Part shown: one piece after another, positions 45,379-58,237 of the stretch | Layout: each line of letters begins with the position of its first letter | Numbering within the stretch: the first letter of the stretch is position 1 | DNA from: an uncultured Gemmatimonadaceae bacterium | Lineage (GTDB): Bacteria > Gemmatimonadota > Gemmatimonadetes > Gemmatimonadales > Gemmatimonadaceae | Direction of reading: 5' to 3' | Assembly: GCA_963790305.1 (NCBI GenBank) | Contig: CAWBOC010000006.1 | Span: 1-64,000, forward strand | DNA: 64,000 bases | Made by a program: the position numbers and the translations under genes | Notes under the pieces: model-generated | Told to the model about the DNA's origin: nothing | Seen by the model: the letters and a program-made list of their open reading frames with translations, nothing else | The model's database searches: none

Positions 45379-46202
45379 TCCGCTTCCATGAAGTGAGCGC
45401 GCGGTATTCGCGAGCTACGCGCGATGCGCTGTCGCACGTGTCGTTGGCGGCGCCGGCGGGCGCACTCACCGCGGTGGTCGGTCCAAACGGCAGCGGGAAA
45501 AGCACTCTGGTTCGAGTGCTTCTTCGGCGGCTGTCGCCGCGAACGGGTGGCGTTGAGATCGACGGGCGCCGGGTCGAGACCTTTGACGCGCGTGAGCTCG
45601 CGCGCCGCGTCGCCGTCGTCCCGCAGCGGGAGAGCGCCGTCTTCTCGCTGCCCGTTCACGAGTACGTGGCGCTCGGACGCTACCCGCACGAAGGCCCGTG
45701 GCGCGCCGCGACGCAGCTCGATGTCGCCCTCGTCGACCAGGCCATGGCGGACGCCGGTGTAACGGAGCTCGCGACGCGAGACATTCTCGCGCTCTCGGGG
45801 GGTGAGTGGCAGCGCGCGCGGATCGCCCGAGCACTGGCGCAAGGCGGGGATGCGCTGGTGCTCGACGAGCCCACGACATTCCTCGATGTGGGGCATGAGA
45901 TGGGAACGTTCGAGCTCCTCGCCTCGCTGTCGCGGGCCGGCCGGGCCGTGCTCGTGATCAGCCACCAGCTCAACCTCATCGCCCGATTCGCCGACGCCAT
46001 GGTGCTGCTTCACGACGGACGAGTCGCCGCAGCCGGGCCGCCGCATGTCGTGATGCAGGCTGCAACGCTCGAGCGGGTGTATCAGTGGCCGCTCGTCGTG
46101 ACGCGCGATCCGGCGGTGGGTGCGCCTACACTCGTTCCCCTGCGTGGGCGTCGCCACTCCTCAGGCACATCCTCGGTGCATTCTTCGGAGTCCCCGCCAT
46201 GA
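45375..46202 (+). CDS. btuD: ABC transporter ATP-binding protein (BtuD/FepC-like)
   Basis: 'GPNGSGKST', 'LSGGEWQR', 'LDEPTTFLD', 'ISHQLN'. Confidence 0.88.
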   Translation: MIRFHEVSARYSRATRDALSHVSLAAPAGALTAVVGPNGSGKSTLVRVLLRRLSPRTGGVEIDGRRVETFDARELARRVAVVPQRESAVFSLPVHEYVALGRYPHEGPWRAATQLDVALVDQAMADAGVTELATRDILALSGGEWQRARIARALAQGGDALVLDEPTTFLDVGHEMGTFELLASLSRAGRAVLVISHQLNLIARFADAMVLLHDGRVAAAGPPHVVMQAATLERVYQWPLVVTRDPAVGAPTLVPLRGRRHSSGTSSVHSSESPP

Positions 46203-48069
46203 GATCATCTCGTGTAGCCGCGCTGCTGCTGCCTGCATTCACTGCCCTTGCGGGCGCGCAAGTACCGGAAGACACCGTTACCCTGGCGCCGGTGACCGTC
46301 ACTGCCACGCGACTTCCTATTGCGCGCACGGCTGTCCCCGCCGCGATCACTGTCATCACCGGGGCGGAGCTGCGCGCCCGCGGGATCACGCGGCTCACCG
46401 ATGCACTTCGTGAGGTGCCGGGTGCCTCCGTGGTCCAGTCGGGTTCCTTCGGGGCGCAGACGGGCCTGTTCATCCGCGGGGGCGAGAGCGACTACACCAA
46501 AGTACTCGTCGATGGGGTGCCCCTGAATGACGCCGGGGGATCAATCGACCTGGCCCACCTCTCGGTCGACGATGTCGATCGCATTGAGATCGTCCGCGGG
46601 CCCGCGAGCGTCCTGTATGGCTCCGACGCCGTGACCGGCGTGATCCAGATCTTCACTCGCGTGCCGGCGCAGTCGCGGCTCCGCATGTCCGCGCGCGGGG
46701 GAACGTACGCGACCCGCGACGCTGCCGGTGACATCGCCATCGTCCGCGGGACGTCGCAGTTCTCCGCCGGCGCATCGTCGCGCGGCACCGATGGCGTGCT
46801 CGACTTCAACAATGGATACCGCAATCGTCAGGTGAGTGCGTCCCTGCGTCTTGCGCCAGCGGAGCGCATGGCACTGCGCACCATGGTTAGGCATACCGAT
46901 GCGACCTACCATTACCCGACTGATTTTCTCGGAACCCCGGTCGATAGCAATCAATACCGTCGTGAGAAGCGCCTCGTCGTGGGTGTCGACGGGAGCATGC
47001 CTCTTTCTCGTCGTGCCACGGCGCGCCTGATGCTCGGCGCCAACGAGCTCGACGGCGTCTCCGACAATCAGGTGGATCGAGCGGACGACATCGCCTACCA
47101 TGACGAGACCGAGGCGTCGCGGCGCGTCGTCGATGGTCGCGTCGATGTCACGCTTCCGTTCGACGGAACGCTCACCACGGGCGCCGACTGGACACGGCAG
47201 CACGAGACGAACACCTCCAACTTCGAGGCGTCCCGGATCAATCGCGGCTATTACGTGCAGCTTCTCGCAGGGAGTGGGGGCCCATGGCTGGCCACCGCTC
47301 GGGACGCGCATCGATGACAACGAGAAGTTCGGAACCTTCACCACCTGGCGAGCGAGTGGGTCGTGGAGGTTCCCGACCAGGACGCGCGTCCGCGCGACCG
47401 TCGGTACTGCGTTCAAGGAGCCAGCGTTCGCCGAGGTGTTCAACACTTCCTTTACGCGGGGGAACGCGGCGCTCGAGCCCGAGCGATCGCGCAGCGTGGA
47501 GGTGGGAGTCGAGCAGGAGGTCGTGTCGGAGAGCTCAACCATTTCCGTCACCTGGTTCGATCAGCGATTTCGTGATCGCGTCGATTTCATTTCGTTCCCT
47601 CCCGACTCCGCGGTATTCGGAACGTTCGCCAATATCGGTGAAGCATTCGCGACCGGGATCGAAGTCGAAGCGCGCGTGGGAACATCACGCGGCCTCGGGT
47701 TGTCGGCCTCGTACGCCTACCTGGAGACCGAAATCATCGAGGATCAATTCGAGAGGGTAGGGCAGCGGCTCCTGCGGCGACCGATGCACTCCGCGACCGC
47801 CACGGCCTCGTATGCGAACGCTGGCGGATCCGTTGCCGCCACGCTGCATCGCGTTGGGAGCCGGCACGACGTCGGCTACGTCCGCTTGCCGTGGTACACG
47901 ACGCTCGACCTCGCCGGCGAGCTTCGCGTCGCGCGCCGCCGCGCCGGCGAGGTCGCGCTGACGCTACGACTCGAGAACGCCCTCGATGAGGGGTACGAGG
48001 CCATCCTCGAATTATCGGGCGCCAGGAAGAACACTACTGATTGGTGGTCGAATGGCATTTTCGTGGTAG
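46199..48069 (+). CDS. btuB: TonB-dependent receptor (BtuB-like); frameshifts near 47300 and 48010
   Basis: TonB box 'PVTVTATR', plug 'RIEIVRGPASVLYGSDAVTGVIQIFT', 'LEPERS', 'LLRRP', 'LENALD'; corrected end '..APGRTLLIGGRMAFSW*'. Confidence 0.88.
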
Positions 48070-48135
48070 GGGCGCAAGATGCAGGTTTGATCTAGCCCTC
48101 TGTGCCCTCAGAGCGTCGCTCCGTATTTTACCAGT

Positions 48136-48897
48136 ATGCCGCTCGTCGTCACCGACGCGATCGTCCTCCACGCATTCGACTACTCGGAAACGTCGCGCAT
48201 CCTTCGTCTCGCGACGCGCGAGGCGGGTGTGCTGTCGGTGCTCGCACGAGGGGCACGGCGATCGACGAAACGCTTCGGCAGCGCGCTCGACCTGTTCGCC
48301 GAGGGCACCGTCGAGGTGCTCGTGCGTGACCAGCGCGACCTTCAGACGCTGTGCGCGTTCGATGTCACTCGCTCGCGTCCCACCCTCGCGAGCGACCTCG
48401 GCCGTTTCGCGGGCGCGTCCGCGCTGGCGGAGCTCATCCTTCGGTTCGCGACCGATGAGCGGCAGGTGTCGTTGTTCGATGCGCTGTCACGCTCGCTCGA
48501 CGAGCTGGCGCTCGCTCCGCCTGACGAGACCCGCGAGGTAACGCTCGCCGGCGCCTGGCGTCTGGTTGGCGAGCTTGGCTTCGCGCCCTCCCTCGACAGC
48601 TGCAGCGCCTGTCACTCCGTCGTCGGCATTGCCGACACGCTGCCGTTCAGTCATGCCGCGGGGGGCGTGCTGTGCGCGAGCTGCGCGAGGCTCCATCCCA
48701 CTGGCAGAACGCTGCCGGCGGTCGAGCGGGCACGGCTGGGCGCGTGGATGGCGGACGAGCGCACCGGCAAGATGTCCGATCCCGACAGCCGCGCCCACCA
48801 GCGATTGCTGCGAGAGTTTCTGCGCGAGCATCTCGCGCAGGATCGCGCGCTCCGCGCCTTCGAGATGTGGGAGCACGCGCCCTGGGGTGGCGCATGA
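48136..48897 (+). CDS. recO: DNA repair protein RecO
   Basis: 'AIVLHAFDYSETSRIL..TREAG..ARGARRS', Zn motifs 'CSAC..GGVLCASC'. Confidence 0.93.
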   Translation: MPLVVTDAIVLHAFDYSETSRILRLATREAGVLSVLARGARRSTKRFGSALDLFAEGTVEVLVRDQRDLQTLCAFDVTRSRPTLASDLGRFAGASALAELILRFATDERQVSLFDALSRSLDELALAPPDETREVTLAGAWRLVGELGFAPSLDSCSACHSVVGIADTLPFSHAAGGVLCASCARLHPTGRTLPAVERARLGAWMADERTGKMSDPDSRAHQRLLREFLREHLAQDRALRAFEMWEHAPWGGA

Positions 48898-50745
48898 TAC
48901 TCGGCACCGCTGGCCACGTCGATCACGGCAAGACGGCGCTGGTGAAGGCACTCACCGGCGTCGATACCGACCGCCTCGAGGAAGAGAAGCGACGGGGCAT
49001 AACGATCGATCTCGGCTTCGCGCCGCTTCGGCTCGAGAACGGGCTTACCCTCGGTGTGGTCGACGTGCCCGGGCACGAGGCGTTCGTGCGCAACATGGTC
49101 GCCGGTGCGACCGGCATCGATCTCGCGTTGCTCGTGATCGCCGCCGACGAGGGCATCATGCCTCAAACGCAAGAGCATTCGAACATCCTCCGCCTCCTCG
49201 GCGTTCGCGGCGGTGTGGTTGCGCTCTCCAAGTCTGATCTCGTCGAAGCGGAATGGCTGGAGCTCGTGCGAGATGAGGTGCGCGCGGCCCTCGAGAAAAC
49301 ACCGCTCGCATCGGCGGCGATCGTCTCCACGTCGACCGTATCGGGCGACGGGGTTCTCGCTCTTCGCGAGGCGATCACTGCCGCCGCGCAGGCGCTCCCC
49401 GCCCGCAACGGCGAGGATCTCTTCCGGATGCCGATCGACCGGGCCTTTTCGTTGAAGGGAACGGGCACGGTAGTGACCGGCACGGTCTGGAGTGGGGCGC
49501 TTGGGCGCGAGAGCCTCGCGCGCGTCATGCCGCTCGGGAAGCCGGTGCGTGTGCGTGGCCTCGAGTCACATGGCTCGTCGATTCCCGTCCGCGACCACTG
49601 GCATGCGTGCGGCCGTTGCGCTTGCCGGAGTCGAGGTGAGTGAGCTCCGACGCGGCCAGGTTCTCGTCGCGGACGAGTCGTGGGCGCCGACGACCGTCGT
49701 CCTCGCGCAGGTGGAGATGCTGGCGAGCGCGCGTCGCGCGCTTGGCGCTCGCACCCAGCTGCGTTTTCACCTGGGCACGGCCGATGTCGGCGCGCGCGTC
49801 GTGGCGGCCGGAGGTGCGCTCCGTCCGGGCTCCAGCGCATCCGCCCGCATCGTGCTGGAGGAGCCTGTGATCGCCCGTGCTGGGGATCGCTTCGTCTTGC
49901 GCGGCGAAACGCCAGTCGTCACGGTCGGCGGCGGAATCATTGACGACCCGATGCCACAGGGCCGGCGTGCACGACCCTGGCACCATGCCGCGCCGAGTGC
50001 CGCGGATCGTCTCGAGCGGCATCTCGTCGACGCCGGCGTTCGCGGAGTGGCGGTCGCATCGCTCCCCGTGCGGCTGGGCACCGGGCCTGCCCACGCGGTC
50101 GAGCTGGCCGACTCGGATGAGTCGTTAGGCACGCGGCGCATCGGTGACCGCCTTTACTCGGCGGCGGCGGTCGAGCGCGCGCGAGCGACCCTGGTACGGC
50201 TGGTGGACGAGCACCACCGTGGTGCCCCGCTCGAGCCGGGCGCGTCACTTCAATCGATCCGGGCCAGAGTCGGCGCGCCGCCCGAGCTCGTCGATCTGAT
50301 CGTCCGGGAGGCGGTGGCGTCAGGGGCGCTGCAGCTCGAGGCCGGGCTGATCGCCCGTCGCGAGTGGAAGCCTCTCCTCACCGATCGCCAGGTACGCCTT
50401 CGCGGCGACCTGCTCGGCGCCCTCCAGCGGGCGGGTCGCGAGCCGCCGAGCGGGTCGGAGCTCGAGGTGAGCCACGGGGCTGACGTCGTTCCGCTTCTGC
50501 GACTGATGGAGCGGGAACGAGAGGTCGTGGCGGTCGAGGCCGATCGGTGGTTCGCCAGGGCGGCGCTGGAGGAGATGATCGCGCTCCTCCGCCGCGGGAT
50601 GAGCCCGGGGCGCGAACACACGCCGGCCGAGCTTCGGGATATACTCGGGTTCTCCCGGAAGTTCCTGATCCCCTTTCTCGAGTACTGCGACCGGCATCAC
50701 ATCACGGAACGGCGCTCGTCAGGCAGGGTATTGCTAGGTCCGTAG
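48894..50745 (+). CDS. selB: Selenocysteine-specific elongation factor SelB; frameshift near 49590
   Basis: '[11 protein letters not shown]', '[14 protein letters not shown]', 'DVPGHE', 'GTVVTGT', 'GDRFVLR', WH4 '[12 protein letters not shown]'. Confidence 0.95.
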
Positions 50746-50773
50746 TTTGCTCAGGGATGCGCATTTGGGTTGC

Positions 50774-50802
50774 TTGACACGGCCTGACCTGCATCCTATG
50801 TT
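50774..50802 (+). promoter_or_regulatory. Putative sigma70 promoter
   Basis: TTGACA-N17-TATGTT upstream of ORF 50884. Confidence 0.6.
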
Positions 50803-50883
50803 CGCGATCAAGGCACGCTATCGTACCACCTGTTTCCAGGAGCGGGACAGAGACTTCTTACTTCGTCAGTCTGGAGAAGGCGC

Positions 50884-51321
50884 ATGAGGCACCAATGGGC
50901 AGCACTCTGTGTGCTCGCCCTAGGCGCACTCGTACCGACGATCGGGCAAGCCCAAGCCGCTCAACCCCCGCCGGTTCGTGAGCGCCCCGGAGTTGAACTG
51001 GGACAGAACTACCCGAACCCGTTCAACCCGACCACGACGATCCCGTTTGTCATCGGTGACCTGGCGACCTGTCAGGATACCGGTCGGGAGCACGTGGTGT
51101 CCCTCAGGATCTACAACATTCTCGCGCAGCTCGTTGCAGTTCCGATTCTGCAGGGAACGGGACAACAGCTCTTGAACGTGCGGATGAAATGCGGGGCGTA
51201 CACGGCCTACTGGGACGGCCACTACCTCGGATCTTCCCGCGAAGTCGCCTCAGGCGTGTACCTCTATCGCATTGAGGTCGACGGCGAGGTGAAGGTGAAG
51301 AAGATGATCGTCAGCAAGTGA
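50884..51321 (+). CDS. Small secreted protein consisting only of a T9SS type-A CTD / FlgD-Ig-like domain
   Basis: Signal peptide then 'LGQNYPNPFNPTTTI', 'LRIYNILAQLV', 'WDG..VASGVYLYRI..KKM'. Confidence 0.82.
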   Translation: MRHQWAALCVLALGALVPTIGQAQAAQPPPVRERPGVELGQNYPNPFNPTTTIPFVIGDLATCQDTGREHVVSLRIYNILAQLVAVPILQGTGQQLLNVRMKCGAYTAYWDGHYLGSSREVASGVYLYRIEVDGEVKVKKMIVSK

Positions 51322-51351
51322 CGTCTGGCGGCGCGCATGAGGTCGAACGGG

Positions 51352-51386
51352 ACGCGGTGACGGCTTCGGCCGTCACCGCGTTTGTT
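51352..51386. terminator. Hairpin terminator between convergent genes
   Basis: ACGCGGTGACGGC-TTCG-GCCGTCACCGCGT followed by TTGTT. Confidence 0.75.
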
Positions 51387-51732
51387 CTTGCGGCGGCCCG
51401 CCGCGCCCTGCGGACGTCGACGTGTCAGCCATGAGGGCGAGCGACTTCTTGCTGATCTCACTCCAGATCGCCGAGGCACGCGCCGGACTCACGGCGTAGT
51501 GACGCGCCTGCCGCTCGAGCTCGTCAGCCGTAAGGCCTTGCTCTTGCAACACCGCACGGCGCAAGCTGTCGCGCGCGGCATCGCTCAGCTGGTAGTTGCG
51601 GTCGATGACGTGAAGCCGCGCCATGGCGGTGACGAAGGTCGAATCGTCCATCACCGCGCGGCCGTCCGGTCTCGTGCACGCGGCGAGTGCGGCGCCGAGC
51701 ACGCAATGTCTCACTATCATTCCGATACGCAT
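51373..51732 (-). CDS. Small helical lipoprotein (DUF4296-like)
   Basis: Lipobox 'LAAC', 'MDDSTFV..MARL', 'DSLRRAVLQEQGLT..L..Y'. Confidence 0.6.
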   Translation of the reverse strand: MRIGMIVRHCVLGAALAACTRPDGRAVMDDSTFVTAMARLHVIDRNYQLSDAARDSLRRAVLQEQGLTADELERQARHYAVSPARASAIWSEISKKSLALMADTSTSAGRGGPPQEQTR

Positions 51733-51776
51733 GGCGCGCGAACGCTAGGCCGCATGCTCTCATCGGTCAAGCACAC

Positions 51777-52599
51777 ATGACCTCAGTCGGGGAACAGCTC
51801 ACCACGGGCGCGCGATCAGGACGCCCGTTCGTCACCGCCACCGGCCGGATTCTCAGCCGAGGCCGGCTGGCGCTCGGCGTGCTGTATTGGCTCGCGTGGC
51901 TCTCCGTGTCGCGACGCATTCCCGTTCGAACCGGGATTCAGCGCGAAGTCGAAACGCTCGGAGTCGGCGCGCTCCCCGCTGGTCGTGCCGGCGTCGATTC
52001 TCGTCGGGCTGATCGCGATCTTCCAGCTCGCGTCTCAGCTCCTGGAATTCGGTGCGCAGGCGATGAGCATCCGGGCCATCGCCTGGTTCACGGCCCGCGA
52101 GTTCGGTCCCGTCGGCGCGGCGCTGCTCGTCGTCGCCCGGAGCGCGTCGGGCATCGCCGGAGAGCTCGCCGCGATGCGTGCGGGAGGCGAGATCGATGCC
52201 CTGCGCGCCATGGGGCTCGATCCCGTCAAATACCTCGTGGCGCCGAAGCTGGCCGCCCTGCTGATCGGACTTCCGGCGCTCACCATTCTCTCCGTCGCCC
52301 TGATCATCTTCGGCGGCTGGATCGGGAGCACACTGTTCCTCGACTACAGCACGGCGTTTTTCCTCGAGGAGTTCCGCTCGGCATTCGCGATGCGCGATCT
52401 CATCGTGGGACTTGGCAAGAGCGTCATCTTCGCATTCATCATCGGGTTCGTCGCCGCCGACGAGGGCCTGAACGTCGAGGGCAGAGTGGCCGCGATCAGC
52501 GAGGCGACCACCCGTGGCGTCGTGTACTCCGTGCTCGGCGTGCTGGGCGCCGACACCCTCGTGAACGTCATCTTCTATTTCATTCCCGGACTCGCCTAA
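51777..52599 (+). CDS. mlaE: MlaE-family ABC permease; frameshift near 51980
   Basis: 'REFGPV..LLVVARSASGIAGELAAMRAGGEIDALRAMGLDPVKYLVAPK', 'GLGKSVIF', 'ATTRGVV'. Confidence 0.88.
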
Positions 52600-52600
52600 C

Positions 52601-53347
52601 GTGAGCGACGTCGTCCTCGAGGTCACCGCCCTGACCGGCCCTGACGAGTCGCCGGCCATCTTCGACATCTCGCTGAACGCCTGGCGGGGACGCACCAGCG
52701 TCGTTCTCGGGCCCATTCACTCCGGAAAGTCGATCGTCATGCGCCACTTGCTGGCGCTCGAAGACGCTCGCACCGGATCGATCGTCGTGGAGGGCGAGCG
52801 TTTCGATGCGCGTGGCGAATCGGACGCGGTCGTTCGACGCATGCGCACGCGCTTCGGGGTGATCTTCGAAGGGGCCGCGCTGCTCTCGCGTCTCTCCGTC
52901 CTCGAGAACGTCGAGCTCCCGCTGCTCGAGCACACGCACGCCACCGGCGACGAGGCGCGTGAGGCGGCGCAGGAGTTGCTCTCCGAGGTGGGACTGACCG
53001 TTGCGCAGGACGCGACCCCGGGAGAGCTGGACCGGGCCGCACAGCGTCGCGTCGCTCTGGCCCGTGCCCTCGCGCTCAGGCCGCCCGTCCTATTACTCGA
53101 TGAGCCCACGCAAGGGCTCGACGCACATGCCGCTTCCGAGCTCGACCGTACCTTGCGACAATTGCAGGAGCGCGGTGGATTCGGAATCGTCATCTTTACA
53201 CGGGAAGCCCGATACGCCTTTGGAAACGCCCAGCGTGTCTATGTCATGGCGGAAGGACGCATCGTCGACGCGGGGAATCACGATACCCTCGCGGACAGCG
53301 AACATCCCGTGGTGCGCGGTCTCCTCCGTCGACGGGGGTCGGAATGA
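52601..53347 (+). CDS. MlaF-like ABC ATPase with degenerate motifs
   Basis: Walker A 'GPIHSGKS', 'LSVLENVELPL', 'RVALARAL..LLDEPTQGLD'. Confidence 0.85.
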   Translation: MSDVVLEVTALTGPDESPAIFDISLNAWRGRTSVVLGPIHSGKSIVMRHLLALEDARTGSIVVEGERFDARGESDAVVRRMRTRFGVIFEGAALLSRLSVLENVELPLLEHTHATGDEAREAAQELLSEVGLTVAQDATPGELDRAAQRRVALARALALRPPVLLLDEPTQGLDAHAASELDRTLRQLQERGGFGIVIFTREARYAFGNAQRVYVMAEGRIVDAGNHDTLADSEHPVVRGLLRRRGSE

Positions 53348-54249
53348 AGCGCGGTGAATCCCGTCTCGGCATAGTCGCGTTTCTCGGTGGCACCGCGCTC
53401 GTGCTCGTGGCCATCGTCGCCTTCGCGCGCTACCCATCGCTGTTCCATCGCGGAAGCGAGTATCGCGCCGCCTTCAAGAACGTCGCCGGGCTCAACCTTG
53501 GTGACGAGGTGCGCTACGGAGGCCTGATCGTCGGCTCGGTCACACGGCTCACTCTCGATCCTGAGGATGCTACCCGCATCGAGGTGACGTTCCGCGTCCG
53601 TCCACAGACACCAATGCGAACCGACACCTACGCGACGATCACGCAAGTCGGGCTTCTGGGACAGCCGTACCTCAACCTCGAGGCCGGCCTCCCGACCTCG
53701 CCCGTTCTGCCTCCGCGCAGCCGTGTACCGACGCGCGACAACCTCACCTTCCAGGACGCAATGAGTCGCCTCGCGGTCTTTCTCGATCGCGCCGACACGC
53801 TGTTGCATGGCGTCGAGAGGATTGCCGCCTCGAGCCCCTGGGATCGCATCGACCGCACGCTGTCGCGCGTCGACGCTCTTCTGTCCAACGCCGCGGCAGG
53901 CTCGGGCCGAGTGATCGAGAACCTCGATCAGGCGACGGTGCAGCTGGCGGGAATGCTCGAGCGCACCGAGCGTCTCATCAGCGCGCTCGACACCGCCTTC
54001 CGGGACGCGAGCCCGGGATTGCGTCAGGCACAACGGGAGGCATTGGCCGCCATGCGCGACATGCGTGCGCTCATCGGCGACGTACGCGACGCCACCGGCG
54101 ACGGAGACCGTTTGGCGCGTATCGTCGACAACCTCGCGGCGGCGTCCGACGACCTGGCGCGTCTCGCCGATCGGCTGGAGAAGGAGCCGACGAGCGTCCT
54201 GTCGCGCCGGCAGCCGCCGAAAAAGACCGCTGGGCCGGCGGCGCAATGA
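53344..54249 (+). CDS. MCE/MlaD-family protein with long helical C-terminus
   Basis: N-terminal TM, 'FKNVAGLNLGDEVRYGGLIVGSV', 'GLLGQPYLNL', helical tail ending 'LEKEPTSVL'. Confidence 0.9.
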   Translation: MKRGESRLGIVAFLGGTALVLVAIVAFARYPSLFHRGSEYRAAFKNVAGLNLGDEVRYGGLIVGSVTRLTLDPEDATRIEVTFRVRPQTPMRTDTYATITQVGLLGQPYLNLEAGLPTSPVLPPRSRVPTRDNLTFQDAMSRLAVFLDRADTLLHGVERIAASSPWDRIDRTLSRVDALLSNAAAGSGRVIENLDQATVQLAGMLERTERLISALDTAFRDASPGLRQAQREALAAMRDMRALIGDVRDATGDGDRLARIVDNLAAASDDLARLADRLEKEPTSVLSRRQPPKKTAGPAAQ

Positions 54250-54899
54250 CCGCTCATCACGCGATCCTGGCGGTTGTGGCGCTCGCGGTAGGCTGCCTCC
54301 GCTCGCGGGCGGTCCCGCCGATCGAGATGTACCGGCTGCTGCCGACGGCTGCCGAAACGTCGAGCGTCTCCATTCCCGCGCCTCTTGATGACGTACCTCA
54401 GGGATCGCTGGCGGTCGCACGGTACATTACGCCGGGCCTCTACGGGCAACGGGGAATCGTGTATCGTGTGGGAGAGTCGGGCTACGCGACCTATCCCTCT
54501 CGTGAGTGGGCAATACCGCTCGGCGAGATGCTGGGGCGCCGCACGGCGGACCTTCTGCAGGAAAAACCGCTGGTGCAGGGTGGGGCGCTCTTCGATCCGC
54601 CGACGCGGCGGGCCTTCACCCACGTGTGGCGAGGCACGGTGCGCGAATTCGAGGAGATCGATCGCGGCAACAACGTCTTCGTCGCCGTAAGTCTCGAGGC
54701 GAGCCTCATACGAGTCGCCGACGACTCGATCCTGTGGTCCGGCTCGGCGCGCGTGGAGCGCCCGGTTCCAGAGGGGACAATCGACGGCATTATCGCCGGC
54801 CTGAGCTCGGCGACCGACGAGGTGGTGTTCGCCTTGCTCGACTCGGCGAGGGTGTCGATCCGGCAGAGATCCGCGAACGGGTCCGCGCGGGAACCGTAG
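54246..54899 (+). CDS. PqiC-like ABC-transport auxiliary lipoprotein
   Basis: Lipobox 'AVGC', 'Y.L', 'GIVYR..W..P..ML', 'GTVREFE'; follows the MCE gene. Confidence 0.82.
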   Translation: MTAHHAILAVVALAVGCLRSRAVPPIEMYRLLPTAAETSSVSIPAPLDDVPQGSLAVARYITPGLYGQRGIVYRVGESGYATYPSREWAIPLGEMLGRRTADLLQEKPLVQGGALFDPPTRRAFTHVWRGTVREFEEIDRGNNVFVAVSLEASLIRVADDSILWSGSARVERPVPEGTIDGIIAGLSSATDEVVFALLDSARVSIRQRSANGSAREP

Positions 54900-54946
54900 G
54901 CCGCGCCACCCCGGCAGCCCGAGTGCGCACGCTCGGCAGACATGCA

Positions 54947-54992
54947 CGGAACGACGGTTGCCTAGACCTTGTGTGGAAGAGACTTAGGCAAC
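54947..54992 (+). promoter_or_regulatory. Putative sigma54 -24/-12 element overlapped by an inverted repeat upstream of clpB
   Basis: CGGAACGACGGTTGC (GG-N10-GC) at 54947-54961; GTTGCCTA-N20-TAGGCAAC at 54957-54992. Confidence 0.45.
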
Positions 54993-55025
54993 ACCTGATA
55001 ATGCGCTTTCTCAAGGTCTGATTCC

Positions 55026-57655
<2,630 letters not shown>

Positions 57656-57682
57656 ACGTCGGGTCGTCTCACCAGAGACCTC

Positions 57683-58162
57683 GTGGTGAGCGTCCACGAG
57701 CCGATCATGCGGGAAGCGCTCGCCGCCGCCCGTGACGCCGCGCGCCACAGGGATGTGCCTGTCGGCGCGCTCGTTATGTCCGGGGCCGACGTCATCGCGG
57801 TCGCGAGCAACCGCACCCTTCGCGATCAGGATCCCACCGCGCACGCCGAGGTCCTGGCGTTGCGCGAAGCGGCCCGCATGCGGGGCTCCTGGCGACTCGA
57901 TGACTGCACGCTGTACGTGACCCTCGAGCCCTGCGCAATGTGCGCCGGAGCGATCGTGTTGTCGCGCGTCCGCATGCTCGTGTTTGGGGCATGGGATGAG
58001 AAAGCGGGGATGGCCGGGTCAGTCGGCGACATTGTGCGGCACCCGCGCTTGAACCATCGGCCGGAAGTCGTGGCGGGAGTCCTGGCCGAGGAATGTGGCG
58101 CGGTGCTGAAAGACTTCTTTGAGGGAAGGCGAGGCGATTACGGATTGCCGACTGCGGAGTGA
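57683..58162 (+). CDS. tadA: tRNA adenosine(34) deaminase
   Basis: 'VPVGAL', 'DPTAHAEV', 'LYVTLEPCAMCAGA', 'LNHR', 'FF'. Confidence 0.93.
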   Translation: MVSVHEPIMREALAAARDAARHRDVPVGALVMSGADVIAVASNRTLRDQDPTAHAEVLALREAARMRGSWRLDDCTLYVTLEPCAMCAGAIVLSRVRMLVFGAWDEKAGMAGSVGDIVRHPRLNHRPEVVAGVLAEECGAVLKDFFEGRRGDYGLPTAE

Positions 58163-58237
58163 TTGCAGGCGGAATCCGCAGGCGCTACTGGTTCTTCGTT
58201 GACTCTCCCTCTACGTCGAATGATATTTGATGCCGTT

